Shown here one piece after another: positions 27,359 to 38,441 of a stretch of DNA of 64,000 bases. The position numbers and the translations under genes are program-made. Numbering within the stretch: the first letter of the stretch is position 1; every line of letters starts with the position of its first letter. The stretch is from a virus (taxonomy: Duplodnaviria; Heunggongvirae; Uroviricota; Caudoviricetes). Under the pieces are notes generated by a model. That model made no database searches, was not told the DNA's origin, and saw only the letters and a program-made list of their open reading frames with translations. The DNA lies in IMG/VR virus record IMGVR_UViG_3300028833_000001, positions 127,171 to 191,170 of that record; one strand, given 5' to 3'.

Positions 27359-27592
27359 TTACACTTTAATTTCCTCATGACATTCTGGACAAATTACATA
27401 CCAATAACATTGTTGTGCAAGTTCATGTGCTTTTCCACTTGGAAGAATGCCTAGGCTAGGCATAGAATGAAATTTAATCTCAGTTTTTGTATCATATAAA
27501 AATTCACACTCACATTTTGGGCAAATTTGTTTTACTCTTGTTTTTCCGTGTTTTAAAACTTCCATATCACTAAAAATTATCAATTTATACAA
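27359..27592 (-). CDS. zinc-ribbon protein with 2 x CxxC
   Basis: CPKCECEF...CPECHEE. Confidence 0.45.
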   Translation of the reverse strand: MYKLIIFSDMEVLKHGKTRVKQICPKCECEFLYDTKTEIKFHSMPSLGILPSGKAHELAQQCYWYVICPECHEEIKV

Positions 27593-27836
27593 AAAATGCA
27601 GGGAATATCAATGGAGCCGTTTGGTATATGACATATCCGCACCACACAAGTCCTAAAATGCATATTATATTCAAGATATATTTGTCAATGGTCATAACTA
27701 TGCTCATAGTATTGTCACTTAGTTTCAATTTTTGCAATATTTTGAACACAATCAAACCAAAAATGCCATAACCAATAAGTATGACTGACATTGTAATTGA
27801 AAATTTGAATATTGTTGTTATTGCTACGATGCTCAT
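27585..27836 (-). CDS. small membrane protein with 3 TM helices
   Basis: Hydrophobic throughout. Confidence 0.45.
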   Translation of the reverse strand: MSIVAITTIFKFSITMSVILIGYGIFGLIVFKILQKLKLSDNTMSIVMTIDKYILNIICILGLVWCGYVIYQTAPLIFPAFFV

Positions 27837-27841
27837 ATTAA

Positions 27842-28036
27842 TTATAGATTGTTAAATTCCCTATTATAAAATTCACATTCCGTTCTCCAGAACTTATCAT
27901 AAACTCCCATACATTGTTTAGAGTTGCATGATTCGCAGTGGTCCTTATAGAATTTATCAAAACGATTGAATTTATCCATTAATTCTGTAAGTTTTCCGCT
28001 TTCAATGAATTCTTGCGATGAATTTGTTTTTGCCAT
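27842..28036 (-). CDS. small Cys-containing protein
   Basis: 64-aa ORF. Confidence 0.35.
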   Translation of the reverse strand: MAKTNSSQEFIESGKLTELMDKFNRFDKFYKDHCESCNSKQCMGVYDKFWRTECEFYNREFNNL

Positions 28037-28097
28037 ATTGAATTTTAATTTGATTTTATAGTAATCATACAGTGATTAAAGTTAAAATCCAAATAAA

Positions 28098-28135
28098 AAA
28101 TGTCGGAATTATATGGTATTTTTCCGACATTTTTA
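28098..28135. terminator. bidirectional intrinsic terminator
   Basis: AAAATGTCGGAA-loop-TTCCGACATTTTT. Confidence 0.55.
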
Positions 28136-28159
28136 ATAAGTTCAGCAAGTACAGTATGA

Positions 28160-28948
28160 TTACAATACGTTTGCTGTAAATTGTTTAATGAATTTTATGT
28201 TTTGTGGTGGAATATTTTCGTATGTGAAGTATGCATCGAAGTCTTCAACGTTCCAGTCCCTGTAGAATTTGACGTTGTTGAGTCCTTTTAATGAAATGCC
28301 GAAAAGTGCATATTCTCCGTTATTGTATTGGTTTCTGTCCACGGTATAGAGCATGTCGGCCATCATTTGTGGGTTGTCTTTATTTCCGTCATTATAAATA
28401 AGGTGGACTCTGTCTGGGTATACCAGGAATTGGTTTTTGGATTTCGGGACCAAGCCGTTTTTGAGGATTTTATCTGCATATCGTATTGGTGATACATGGA
28501 AAAACGTGTTGCCTCTTTTTTTTCTGAATTCAGAGCCTTTTATATATTCGTCGAATTTTGGTTCGAATTGCATCATAACTACACCATTAATTATCTTCTC
28601 GAAAGAACAGAAATATCCAAAAACATCCATCGCGTGCTTCAATGTTTTTATTGACGGCGATTTTTTTTTGATTTTAACAATGAATTGTTTTATGTCTTCT
28701 TGCGCCGAAAATGATATAAAGTCATGATTTGCGTTTCGTTGTATATATTTTACAACCCACTCAAACGGATAAGTTCTAACAAGGCCCTCTTCCACTAAAG
28801 CTCTTTCTAGTATTTGGTCTTCTGGGTTTGTGAAATGCCTGAATTCATTTGACGGGAATGGTTTGGCTTCGCCAATTATCGTCTTTATCGTGGATTTCAC
28901 GATTCCCTCTATATGATTTTTCAATTCTTGTTCTGTAATTTTCATCAC
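28160..28948 (-). CDS. hypothetical protein carrying the recurrent N-terminal I-T-E-Q-E-L-K motif
   Basis: 262 aa starting MMKITEQELKNHIEGIVKSTIKTIIGE. Confidence 0.5.
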   Translation of the reverse strand: MMKITEQELKNHIEGIVKSTIKTIIGEAKPFPSNEFRHFTNPEDQILERALVEEGLVRTYPFEWVVKYIQRNANHDFISFSAQEDIKQFIVKIKKKSPSIKTLKHAMDVFGYFCSFEKIINGVVMMQFEPKFDEYIKGSEFRKKRGNTFFHVSPIRYADKILKNGLVPKSKNQFLVYPDRVHLIYNDGNKDNPQMMADMLYTVDRNQYNNGEYALFGISLKGLNNVKFYRDWNVEDFDAYFTYENIPPQNIKFIKQFTANVL

Positions 28949-29095
28949 TATGTTTTTTCTTTAAATATCTTGATAACTTTAATTTAATAATATAAAAATT
29001 TAATTTAATTGGCAAGTTTACTTATTTCTTGATATTTATATGGTGATAATCATACTATTATAGTATATAATGAATCAAAGAAAAATTAGTTATTA

Positions 29096-31486
29096 ATGAA
29101 AAAGATACGTTTGACGGAAGAACAATTTATAGAATATCTCGCAAAGAGTCTTTGTGAATCTTTCTTGCAAGAGAAAGGGTCTGAAGGAAAGGGCATAAAC
29201 GCATTTGCGCAAAGAAGGGCGACAGATGTGATAAACCAGATAAAAGACAAGGCTGGTCTGGCTGGTTATGATTCTGACAGCGACATAATGAAATTGGCTG
29301 ATGAGTACGGTATAAATCCAGATTCATTAAGAAGGGATTTTGACAAACAGAAATATATGGATTACCGTAAAAAGGAAATTGATAGGTTGCAGAAGGACTC
29401 AAAAGAGATAAACAAGTGGATTTGTAAGTACATTGACCAATTAAGGGCTTGTTGTGCTGGTGAGTCTTTTATGAGAGACAAAGACAGTTTCAAGATTGAC
29501 AAGGATGGAAATATGCACACGCATAATACTGGTGATACGCCAATGGCTTTTGACAAGATAAAAGACCAGAAGACACGTGCTAATGTTTTGAGACTGAAAG
29601 ATTTTTTGGATAAGATAGGCCTATCGTGTCTTTATAGGGATGCCCCAGCCCCAAAGGGATATCAGAAGAAATACGGTGTGGAATCTTTGGCTTCATTAAA
29701 TAAAAACACGTCTAAGAAAGAGATTATGGCCATGGACTTCATGTCTGCCAGTGATGATGAACTATATGATTTCTACAGCAGTGGAACCAGATATGACACT
29801 ATTAACAAAGATGCTGCGGCTAATTCACCAGGTTTTGATATTAAGGATTCAAAGCGTGATACATTTAATGCGGAAGAAAACGCATATGTAAAAGTGGCCG
29901 CAAAAGTTGGCTTGTTAAAACAACGTTGTGACAGATATCTTGACAGGACATATGGTGTGACTCTAGATTTTGGTGAGAACAACGACATGTTTAAGTTTGG
30001 CAACGCTAAAATACATGATGACACATTAATTGTTAATTTCGAGTCGGCTTTCAGGTGCCCTGCGTGGAACGAGTGCATTCTTAAAGACGCATGTTATGCC
30101 AAAGCAAGTGAGGTTGGATATGACAATACATTGTCTTCAAACTTGAAAAAAGGATTCATATGGTCTCAAACAAAAGAAGACAAGGGGCTTATGGATGCCA
30201 TGTGTGTTTTAATAAGGTCATGCATGTTTGATTATACAAGCGCTTGGCCTAAAATTAGCGCACTTAAAACGTTCAATGACAATAAAGAATACAAACAAAG
30301 ATACAAGGATGCGCTTAATGCGGCCCCAAGTGAAAAAGTAAAGGGTGTTAGAAGCCAGAAAACCGAACAGGGTGCGTTAATGCTTGCTAAGATGACGTTT
30401 TCTGATATACAGAGAGAGTTTGGTGACGAAGCAATTGACATATTGAAAAATGGTGTTGCTAGAAAAACTAAAGAAGGTGTGTCAATGATTAAAAAGGGAA
30501 GTGTAATAAGGTTAAATGAAAATGGCGACTTTATCGGCCAATGGCTTGTAGATGCATGGGAAAAAATAGCTGAGGATTTCAAAATTGTTGATGTTAGAGT
30601 TGCTGCATATACTTGTCGTGCATTAAATTACACTAATGTTAAAAATCTAATACTTAACATTTCTCAAGCAAGTCTAGTGAATAATCAAGAATCTGAAGGG
30701 TTCGCACATTTCTTTTATGCCATATCACACAGGGATTATAATGATTTCCCTGATACATATAACGGAAAAGACCATTCTCTAAACATAGACCAAGAGACCT
30801 TTAAAATCACACCAGTTTATAGAAACTTAATTAATGAAGAAGGCAATTTGGTTGGGTATTATTATAAGTGTCCTTGTGGACGTGGTAAAAGAAAATACAT
30901 ACCAGTTGAAGCAACAAACCAAATAAAGAAAAATGCGGTTGCTTACGATAAAATGCCAAGTTGTCTCGAAGGTGGTGATAAATATATCAATGTTAACGGC
31001 GAATATTTTCAAAGTGTTGAAAACAAAGATATAACAACAAAGGCTGATTGCTATATGTGTAGAATATGTTATGGTAGAAACGAAGACGCTGACATAACCG
31101 TTGAAGGTGGTGGAAAGCCACAGCCTGGGTTGCCTATTTTCGCTCTTGTTGCCACTCATGGAACAAACCAAGACGATTCTAAGGGTATTAACACTAATGA
31201 TTATAGACGAATACTTGGAAAGCCAATTACTTATTGGACTAATTTGATTAAAAACCAAAAACATGTTGGGGTACAAGTTAATCCAGAGGTAGAACCAGCA
31301 TTTTCTACAATTAATGAAGAAATGACTGGGGACCTTAACCAAGGCGCTAACGATGATGAAGTAATAAATCAAATAACAAAAAATATGACTTATAGCGTCG
31401 CAAATATGATGACAAGAAAGTTAAATAGGGTTAATGAAATAAAGAACAATTTCAATAAAACATTGAAAATGTTGGAAGAGTATTAA
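29096..31486 (+). CDS. large hypothetical protein (796 aa) with the recurrent N-terminal motif and CxxC pairs
   Basis: Starts MKKIRLTEEQFIEYLAKSL and contains YKCPCGRGKRKY and CYMCRICYG. A terminator follows at 31515-31556. Confidence 0.6.
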   Translation: MKKIRLTEEQFIEYLAKSLCESFLQEKGSEGKGINAFAQRRATDVINQIKDKAGLAGYDSDSDIMKLADEYGINPDSLRRDFDKQKYMDYRKKEIDRLQKDSKEINKWICKYIDQLRACCAGESFMRDKDSFKIDKDGNMHTHNTGDTPMAFDKIKDQKTRANVLRLKDFLDKIGLSCLYRDAPAPKGYQKKYGVESLASLNKNTSKKEIMAMDFMSASDDELYDFYSSGTRYDTINKDAAANSPGFDIKDSKRDTFNAEENAYVKVAAKVGLLKQRCDRYLDRTYGVTLDFGENNDMFKFGNAKIHDDTLIVNFESAFRCPAWNECILKDACYAKASEVGYDNTLSSNLKKGFIWSQTKEDKGLMDAMCVLIRSCMFDYTSAWPKISALKTFNDNKEYKQRYKDALNAAPSEKVKGVRSQKTEQGALMLAKMTFSDIQREFGDEAIDILKNGVARKTKEGVSMIKKGSVIRLNENGDFIGQWLVDAWEKIAEDFKIVDVRVAAYTCRALNYTNVKNLILNISQASLVNNQESEGFAHFFYAISHRDYNDFPDTYNGKDHSLNIDQETFKITPVYRNLINEEGNLVGYYYKCPCGRGKRKYIPVEATNQIKKNAVAYDKMPSCLEGGDKYINVNGEYFQSVENKDITTKADCYMCRICYGRNEDADITVEGGGKPQPGLPIFALVATHGTNQDDSKGINTNDYRRILGKPITYWTNLIKNQKHVGVQVNPEVEPAFSTINEEMTGDLNQGANDDEVINQITKNMTYSVANMMTRKLNRVNEIKNNFNKTLKMLEEY

Positions 31487-31514
31487 TTGAATTTTCTAAA
31501 GTTAAATTAAATAA

Positions 31515-31556
31515 AAATGGTCGGAAATTTTTTAAATTATTCCGACCATTTTATTA
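31515..31556. terminator. bidirectional intrinsic terminator
   Basis: AATGGTCGGAA-loop-TTCCGACCATTTTATT. Confidence 0.6.
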
Positions 31557-31571
31557 TCGTTAATATTTGTT

Positions 31572-32420
31572 TTACTTTTCTTTGATACCCCAGACAGGTA
31601 TACCTGTGTTAGTTCCAATCATAACGTCAACATTGACATTTTTCTTGTTCTTAATCATTTCAATTTTCTGGTTTTCAAGTTCCAGTGATTTCAGTGCGAT
31701 GAACTGTTGCGGAGAGAAACCGATTGTTGCTTGGTATTCCTTATCTGCCAATGCTCTCTTGTGCTCAGTAATGCGTCTCTCTTCCTGCATTTGTTGCTCC
31801 ATAATTGCAGTTTGTTTTTGCTGCATCTTGATTGCAGTGTTATTAAGTTCCTCAAGAACACCAGCGTTTGGTCGAGCCTTGTCAACGATAACATTACAAA
31901 CTTCGATTGGGAATTCTGCTGTTGTCGACAAACTTGTAATATAAGCGTTAATTCTTTGCATAATGTCAATTTTAACAGTATCATAAATTTCACGCTCGGA
32001 AATAAGACTTCTCATATCGTATGTGCTGATAAAATTTCTGACTGCCTCCCTAAAGATTTCCTTGATGTTGTTCTCATACCACTTAGGGCCATAATTTTGG
32101 TGCAATACAGGTGATTTTCCAGGCTTCAATTTTAATACAATATGAGCTGTCATATCAATAGGTGTGCCGTCATCTGATGCAATATCATCGAAAGTCTCAT
32201 CGAATCTTGTCGGAACTGACGAATAAGTATAAAACCGTGTAGTGAACACTTTCCATTCAGAACCGCTTGTAAGAGGCTCTTGGGACACGCCTCCATCTCC
32301 GAAAAACCAAGGCTGCTTCACGAACACGCCTTCTTCGGTACCATCAACCCTGCAAACATCGCAAGAAGTAAAAGACAACGCAAACAATGCCAGCGTCAAG
32401 GCAAAAATAAATCTCTTCAT
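31572..32420 (-). CDS. SPFH/band-7 (prohibitin/HflC-like) domain lipoprotein
   Basis: Signal peptide plus lipobox (LSFTSC). The SPFH-like core is followed by a coiled coil (QQKQTAIMEQQMQEERRITEHKRALADKEYQ). Confidence 0.55.
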   Translation of the reverse strand: MKRFIFALTLALFALSFTSCDVCRVDGTEEGVFVKQPWFFGDGGVSQEPLTSGSEWKVFTTRFYTYSSVPTRFDETFDDIASDDGTPIDMTAHIVLKLKPGKSPVLHQNYGPKWYENNIKEIFREAVRNFISTYDMRSLISEREIYDTVKIDIMQRINAYITSLSTTAEFPIEVCNVIVDKARPNAGVLEELNNTAIKMQQKQTAIMEQQMQEERRITEHKRALADKEYQATIGFSPQQFIALKSLELENQKIEMIKNKKNVNVDVMIGTNTGIPVWGIKEK

Positions 32421-32542
32421 AATTTGTTAAAATTTTAAGTTAAACTTTTTGTTATAAATTTCAATTTCGATTATACGATAAATTATTTTAATAACCAAAC
32501 ATTATTTTATTTCTATTTATGTGTTAAAGGTGTTTTTTTAAT

Positions 32543-33568
32543 ATGATAAAGATTAACGAAAACAATATAAGATTTATGGTCAACAAGGTGATTAACCAGT
32601 TGCTGGCTGAAAGTGTTAGTAGTGTTGTATATCATTTCACAAGCGTCAACACTTTGATTGATATTTTACGAAGAAACGAGTTTTTTCTTACCATGGCGAC
32701 AAATAAGTCTGATTCTATTGACAAAAAAAGATTATTCTATATGTCGGTACAAAGAACAAGAAGTAATCAGGTCGGCTATGGATATAATAGCGGGCACGCA
32801 AATGTAAGGATTGAACTTGACGGGGAAATGTTGAACCAAAGGTATGCTGGTAAATCATATGATTATTGGTATATGGGTACTGTACAGGGTGAAAGGGCGA
32901 AAAATGACTACCACAGACGTTCTTTTGAGTTCGAGGATAGGGTTTTATCTAACGACCCTGTTATTCCAAATGCACGTAAATATATCAGAAGGGTTGATAT
33001 TTTGCTGAACGGTCGTGTTAAAGATGAGGTTGTTCTGGCGTCTATGGCGTTGCACATGCTTCGAGAAAAAGTTTTTGTCTATGACAATATTCGTGACTTC
33101 AATGCGCAAACAGACAACACAGTAAACGACAGTATATCCAATGAGTATCAAAACGGTGTTGTTCCATTGAATAAAAGTGTGTTTAACAGTTTGAAAAAAA
33201 AGAAAAATATTGAAACGTTACGCTACCTTTGTTCTTTATATGTCAGGAAAATGACAAAATCAAAATACGAGCTTAAAGACAAGAACGCGCTAGTTTCAGG
33301 AATCCTGAAAAAATTCAATCTTCAGGATTATTGTGGGGATGTAATAACACGTATTTGGGCGAACGAGGTATTCAGCGACTATAATATGGCTGAATTTGCA
33401 CATTTGTTGATTAACACTTCTGGTTATTCGCCAAGAAAATTAAACCACGAACAAATGTCTGACGAATCAAACAATGTGATGCGTTTTGCCGCATATGTAC
33501 TTAAAATTTATGGGTGCTCATCATTCAACGAATTGGCTGTCAAGTTTCATAATAATGAAATAAAATAA
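32543..33568 (+). CDS. hypothetical protein with the recurrent N-terminal motif
   Basis: Starts MIKINENNIRFMVNKVINQLLAE. Confidence 0.55.
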   Translation: MIKINENNIRFMVNKVINQLLAESVSSVVYHFTSVNTLIDILRRNEFFLTMATNKSDSIDKKRLFYMSVQRTRSNQVGYGYNSGHANVRIELDGEMLNQRYAGKSYDYWYMGTVQGERAKNDYHRRSFEFEDRVLSNDPVIPNARKYIRRVDILLNGRVKDEVVLASMALHMLREKVFVYDNIRDFNAQTDNTVNDSISNEYQNGVVPLNKSVFNSLKKKKNIETLRYLCSLYVRKMTKSKYELKDKNALVSGILKKFNLQDYCGDVITRIWANEVFSDYNMAEFAHLLINTSGYSPRKLNHEQMSDESNNVMRFAAYVLKIYGCSSFNELAVKFHNNEIK

Positions 33569-33643
33569 CACATTTTAATCTTAATGGTTAAATTTAACTT
33601 ACTATTTATTATTTGAATAATAATAAAAAAATTATGATATATT

Positions 33644-34183
33644 ATGCCTAAAAATGAAAATTATACACATTTTGCTGTAAATAAAAAAACTGGTTTAATT
33701 GTTAATGGATGGGATTACAGTGGATACGATTCAGATGATTTGAGAAGATATAAAAAGGATTATTTTATTAATGACCTTATTGACTACGAGTTTGACCCAA
33801 AAGACTATGTAATTTTAACAAGAAGTACTTGTATAAGAAGGGGAATAAATCCAGATGACATGGAGAATTGCTGGTCTAATAGGGGTGAATTGCCGTTAAA
33901 CAAGGAGAAAAGCACCAAGATTAATGAATCCAAAATAAGGGGGATGGTTGAAGAAGCAGTCAAACGGATTCTTTTTGAAAACGAAAGTTACGGATGGGAA
34001 GTTGACGAAAGCGAAGCGAACTCCGCATATGAATATTTGTGCAACGAAATTGGAGAACAAGAGGCAAACGCAGCAATTGTCAGGTCAATTGGTTCAGAAG
34101 CTTTAGCCGCATCGTTGGCTTATATATTCAGAATGTACGACATGAGGGGATGGAAGGAATATAAGGATGGCGAAATGCAATAA
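33644..34183 (+). CDS. hypothetical protein with an internal copy of the recurrent motif
   Basis: KINESKIRGMVEEAVKRILFENE lies at ~residue 90. Confidence 0.5.
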   Translation: MPKNENYTHFAVNKKTGLIVNGWDYSGYDSDDLRRYKKDYFINDLIDYEFDPKDYVILTRSTCIRRGINPDDMENCWSNRGELPLNKEKSTKINESKIRGMVEEAVKRILFENESYGWEVDESEANSAYEYLCNEIGEQEANAAIVRSIGSEALAASLAYIFRMYDMRGWKEYKDGEMQ

Positions 34184-34207
34184 CAATACAAACAAGAAAA
34201 TTGGCGT

Positions 34208-35020
34208 ATGTTCAATTATGATTTGAACGAAATAGGAAGTGTTATATTTCAACTGAATTTCGACAACGATTACTATAATGAGTGGCTGTCTGAAAACGGT
34301 ATAAGTGATTCGCGACAGGCAAGTATTTCGTTTGTAAGGGATTGCTGTGATTATGATGTTGAATATACCGACAGTGAGACCTACCATCATCTTGGGTATG
34401 CCACAATGACAATTGATGAAATAGAAAACGTGTTTGGGCAGAAAATGGCTATGGATGTTCTGAAGTCTTGCATGGATGGAAATGAACACACGTTCGAACC
34501 GTTAGAATATCAAAAAGATGAGGTCGATTTAAGTGACCCAGAACAATTGTCTAACGCAGCGATGAAATACTTGAAATATGGTAAATATTTCAAAGGTGCA
34601 AGGGGTTTTATATTGCCTAATGGTCTTGTTGTTTATACAGAGACTGAGCATAATATGTGTTCAAGAATACCTGGGGTTGACGGTACGTTTCAATTCATAG
34701 AGTTGGGTTGTATTAGGGTTTTGCCAAATTCTATCGATATGGCCAAAATGCCGACAGAAGAACAATTCAACACAATATATCGGGTGTTGAGATGTTATGA
34801 GGACAGTGACTTGTATTTGGACTTAATAAACAAACAGATTGGTAATTTCAGTAAAAAATATTCATATTACGACCCAGACGATGTGGTTTCTGATATAGAA
34901 AGGTATTTCAAAGGCGGTGTGATGAAGAAACAGAATGTGTATGAAAACAAAATACCGATAACATTGGCTGACGTTAATATGATGGTATATGAAACTATTA
35001 AAAAACTTTACAAGAAGTAA
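34208..35020 (+). CDS. hypothetical protein
   Basis: 270-aa ORF followed by a terminator at 35023-35055. Confidence 0.5.
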   Translation: MFNYDLNEIGSVIFQLNFDNDYYNEWLSENGISDSRQASISFVRDCCDYDVEYTDSETYHHLGYATMTIDEIENVFGQKMAMDVLKSCMDGNEHTFEPLEYQKDEVDLSDPEQLSNAAMKYLKYGKYFKGARGFILPNGLVVYTETEHNMCSRIPGVDGTFQFIELGCIRVLPNSIDMAKMPTEEQFNTIYRVLRCYEDSDLYLDLINKQIGNFSKKYSYYDPDDVVSDIERYFKGGVMKKQNVYENKIPITLADVNMMVYETIKKLYKK

Positions 35021-35091
35021 AAATCTCAAGCTTGGAAATCCCAAGCTTTTTTTGTATAATTTAATTTGTAATATTAAATTATATAATAATA

Positions 35092-35714
35092 TGATTATCA
35101 ACAATTTTGAAAAATTAAACAATATCCTCAAATTTTATACCGAGGATGATTTTTACATGTTGCAGATTATTAAGCGCAGAAAGGAAAATCCAGACATGGA
35201 TAAGAATTCCGTCGCAATTAAGACTGTTTATTTGCATAGAGAAAACCAGTTGCTTGATTTAAAGGATGATTTGATTGACCTTGCAAATAAGAATAATGCG
35301 AGAATTTATCTTAACCCAAACAGAAAATCATTCAAGAAATGTACTCTTGGGTGTTTGAAAGAGTTCGCTAATAGAATTGAAGCTGAGAATTATTACAAAC
35401 CATATAAGATTTTCGATGCTGTTGCTGGCGCTTGTGGTTCCAAAAATGCGGTATGGGTCATCGATGTTGATTGGGCTGATATTGATGGTGTTAATGTTGA
35501 AAATGAATTTGAGCGTAAATTATATATTAACAAGTTGTGCGAATTTGTAAATTCGTTACAGCCTATTGATGTTGGTTGGAAGATTTTGTTGATTAATCAG
35601 ACAAAGAATGGTGTTCATATCCTGACAACACCGTTTAATATAAAAGATTTTATGGATAAGTATAAAATTCAGGTTCATAAGAATAATCCAACCCTTGTTT
35701 GGTGCGGGGAATAA
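35092..35714 (+). CDS. hypothetical protein
   Basis: Start set at MIINNFEKL, the first Met after the terminator. Confidence 0.45.
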
Positions 35715-35725
35715 TATAAATTGCT

Positions 35726-36196
35726 ATGGAAAACATTTATTTAATTGAAACCTCAGTAATGAATGGGGTGCACAAAAACTCGGTTGAACGGACGTGTATC
35801 GGTTCTTTCGATTTAGTAAATAAAGTAAAAAAGGCTGTTGATGACGCCAACAAAAATTCTCCTATGAACGTTATAACGGATATTTACCCAGTAAAATTAT
35901 ACCGTTTAGAGTCTGAAATTCCATTGTTTAATCCAGATATTCAGTATGCTAAAGAAAAAACACATAAAGAAATGGCTAAGGAATTACAGGAAAGGCTTGT
36001 ACAATGCTGCATTGATTACATAAACGAAAATGGTGATAAAGATATTCAAGAGGTCCATTTTAATGCTGATGAGTTACAAGAATCCGCAAAAAACAAAAAG
36101 TGGTCTCCTTGTACAGATTCTTATATTGAATTGGATTCATACGAAAAGGAAGATGGTGGATTAGATTATAGAAATATTTTAGCAATCCATAATTAA
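35726..36196 (+). CDS. hypothetical acidic protein
   Basis: 156-aa ORF followed by a bidirectional terminator at 36222-36251. Confidence 0.5.
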   Translation: MENIYLIETSVMNGVHKNSVERTCIGSFDLVNKVKKAVDDANKNSPMNVITDIYPVKLYRLESEIPLFNPDIQYAKEKTHKEMAKELQERLVQCCIDYINENGDKDIQEVHFNADELQESAKNKKWSPCTDSYIELDSYEKEDGGLDYRNILAIHN

Positions 36197-36231
36197 GTTA
36201 AAAGCTTTGTAAAACTATAAAGAAAAAACCG

Positions 36232-36786
36232 CTAACATAGCGGTTTTTTTGTTCTGGCAATAATATTCGTGATAACGCCATCTTTTGTTTCCCAATTTCC
36301 ATTAAACCACTTTATTGGCTTTTGATAAATGCCATCATTATTTGCAAAAATAACTAGATAATAACCATCGAATGTTGGAAATTCATTTGTGAAGACGAAA
36401 TCGTTGTCTTTAAATTCAATAATTTTTTTAGTGTTAATAGACAGGTTCCATTCAAGTCTTTTTCGCTCGTTATCTTTGTTTTCCCACCATTCTTTAAGTG
36501 TTGGCGGGGTTCGTAAATTCCCAATTCCATATCCAAGAATATGGTCATACCATTCAAATAAACTTTTTTCGTCAACAGAATTGTCTATTGCATATTTTAT
36601 GTTGTTGAAACTGAAGTAGTAATCGCAGATATACAAAACGCCATCAAAACAATTATCGCCTATCCAATAAGAGTCATCATATACATCATTATCAAAATAC
36701 CTATGTTTAAATTCCGAAACATACTCTTCAACGGCATCATTATATTTTTTTTCTATACTATTATCCATAAATTTATTTAATATCAA
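36232..36786 (-). CDS. hypothetical protein
   Basis: 184-aa ORF. Confidence 0.45.
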   Translation of the reverse strand: MILNKFMDNSIEKKYNDAVEEYVSEFKHRYFDNDVYDDSYWIGDNCFDGVLYICDYYFSFNNIKYAIDNSVDEKSLFEWYDHILGYGIGNLRTPPTLKEWWENKDNERKRLEWNLSINTKKIIEFKDNDFVFTNEFPTFDGYYLVIFANNDGIYQKPIKWFNGNWETKDGVITNIIARTKKPLC

Positions 36787-36789
36787 AAA

Positions 36790-37311
36790 TTAACCATTAT
36801 TTTCTTGTATTTCACAATCTTTAAACGAATCGATTATTTGGTTGATTTCGTCGTCATAGAAAATTTCTCTTATATATTCTATTTTTTCTTTAATTTCCGT
36901 TTTAATTTTAAAAAAATTTGAATCATAAGCAAAATAATCATCGCATTTTACTGCTTTGATAAACAGTATTAAATCTTCTACAATATTATATGTTGTATCA
37001 ATGATTTCTTCTTTTGATAACGAATCAGTATTATTATATAATTCTAATGTACCATCATCAGAATTTTTATATAATGAATACACATTATATCTTGCACTAT
37101 TTCTAACGGCGAATTCATATAATTTTATCTTACTAAGCAAATCGTCTATAATTATAGGCGTTTTTTTGCTAACACTTGACATGCAATAGACCAAAATATC
37201 GATTTCCTGAGACCTTTGGTAATATATGTCTGTGGCGTATGAATCTTCACAATATGGCTTATACGTATTAATTTGTTCCTCTGTTGGCTTAAAAATTCTA
37301 AATGTTCGCAT
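36790..37311 (-). CDS. hypothetical protein
   Basis: 173-aa ORF. Confidence 0.45.
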   Translation of the reverse strand: MRTFRIFKPTEEQINTYKPYCEDSYATDIYYQRSQEIDILVYCMSSVSKKTPIIIDDLLSKIKLYEFAVRNSARYNVYSLYKNSDDGTLELYNNTDSLSKEEIIDTTYNIVEDLILFIKAVKCDDYFAYDSNFFKIKTEIKEKIEYIREIFYDDEINQIIDSFKDCEIQENNG

Positions 37312-37318
37312 TTTATTA

Positions 37319-38092
37319 CTATTGTTTTTTATTTTCTATTAAAGTATCGTCTTTAAATTTTCTTATTTCTCCATTTTCACTTATATAGTATATTTCTTGT
37401 GTGTCAAGGCAATATAAATCATATAACCCACAATTAACAAAAATTGGTTTTTGTATCCAAGTATGACCAACTACTTGAATAAGGTTATTTGGGACATTGG
37501 TATTAATGTTAAGATGCAGATTTTTAATATCGATTATGTGTTCGTGTATGTCTGTCCATACAGGCGAGCCAGCTAAATCATATCCTCCTCTATATTCTGA
37601 TATGTCGCATAATATGTTTATTAAATTTTCATTCTTGATAGAATTTAACTCATCTGCCGTATAATTAAAGTTATCGCCTAAAATATCTTTATGCTTATTA
37701 ACCCAAAAAGGGTTTATTCCTGCATGTGTTAGTAGAAATCTGTTGCCATTTATTTCAATATCATAGGCAAGTTTAAATAAATTTTTATTTTCTTCAAATA
37801 TACGTTCTATTTTTTTTAAGTTTTTCCAATCGTGTCTACAAGAACACATTTCTTTACTTTTAAACGCATAGCTATCATGGTTTCCGTATAATAGCACAAC
37901 CCTATCTATATTTTTTTTTGTAAATTCAATAATTTCATTAAAATTATCTATCGCTTCATCTGGAGTAATCCCTTCAATTGATGTGTATGGGTCAAGATAA
38001 TCACCAAGAAAAACTATTTTTGTGTCCACAACGTTTTTTATGTCTTTCCAAAATGTCCTACCATGAACATCTGGAATGATTATTAATTCCAT
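37319..38092 (-). CDS. calcineurin-like metallophosphoesterase (PP-lambda/ApaH-like)
   Basis: Motifs DVHG, GDYLD and GNHD in canonical order. Confidence 0.65.
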   Translation of the reverse strand: MELIIIPDVHGRTFWKDIKNVVDTKIVFLGDYLDPYTSIEGITPDEAIDNFNEIIEFTKKNIDRVVLLYGNHDSYAFKSKEMCSCRHDWKNLKKIERIFEENKNLFKLAYDIEINGNRFLLTHAGINPFWVNKHKDILGDNFNYTADELNSIKNENLINILCDISEYRGGYDLAGSPVWTDIHEHIIDIKNLHLNINTNVPNNLIQVVGHTWIQKPIFVNCGLYDLYCLDTQEIYYISENGEIRKFKDDTLIENKKQ

Positions 38093-38116
38093 ATCAATCG
38101 TTAAACTAATAAATTA

Positions 38117-38431
38117 TTATTTAAGTGCCATTTTATTTGCTATTTTGTTATATATTTTTTGACCCTTTTCGTTAAATTTCCACCGCCATATAACTTCATT
38201 ATCGCAAGTTACCTCCTTTTCCATGTCAACTATATAATCTCTCCAAGATTCTGTCATTTGATGATATAGCCAACTAACCATAGCGCCAGTTGTTTTAAAA
38301 TCCTCTTTTGTTATATATTTTAAATTATCTACTTGAAATTTACAAGTACCTTCTATTTTGTATTTATTGAACAGATTAAGTAGTTCTGCTATTTTTTCAT
38401 TTTGTTTTTTTAGTTTTTTCAAGTATTCCAT
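38117..38431 (-). CDS. hypothetical protein
   Basis: Start reset to MEYLKKLKK to avoid overlap with the upstream gene. Confidence 0.4.
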   Translation of the reverse strand: MEYLKKLKKQNEKIAELLNLFNKYKIEGTCKFQVDNLKYITKEDFKTTGAMVSWLYHQMTESWRDYIVDMEKEVTCDNEVIWRWKFNEKGQKIYNKIANKMALK

Positions 38432-38441
38432 AATTTTAATT

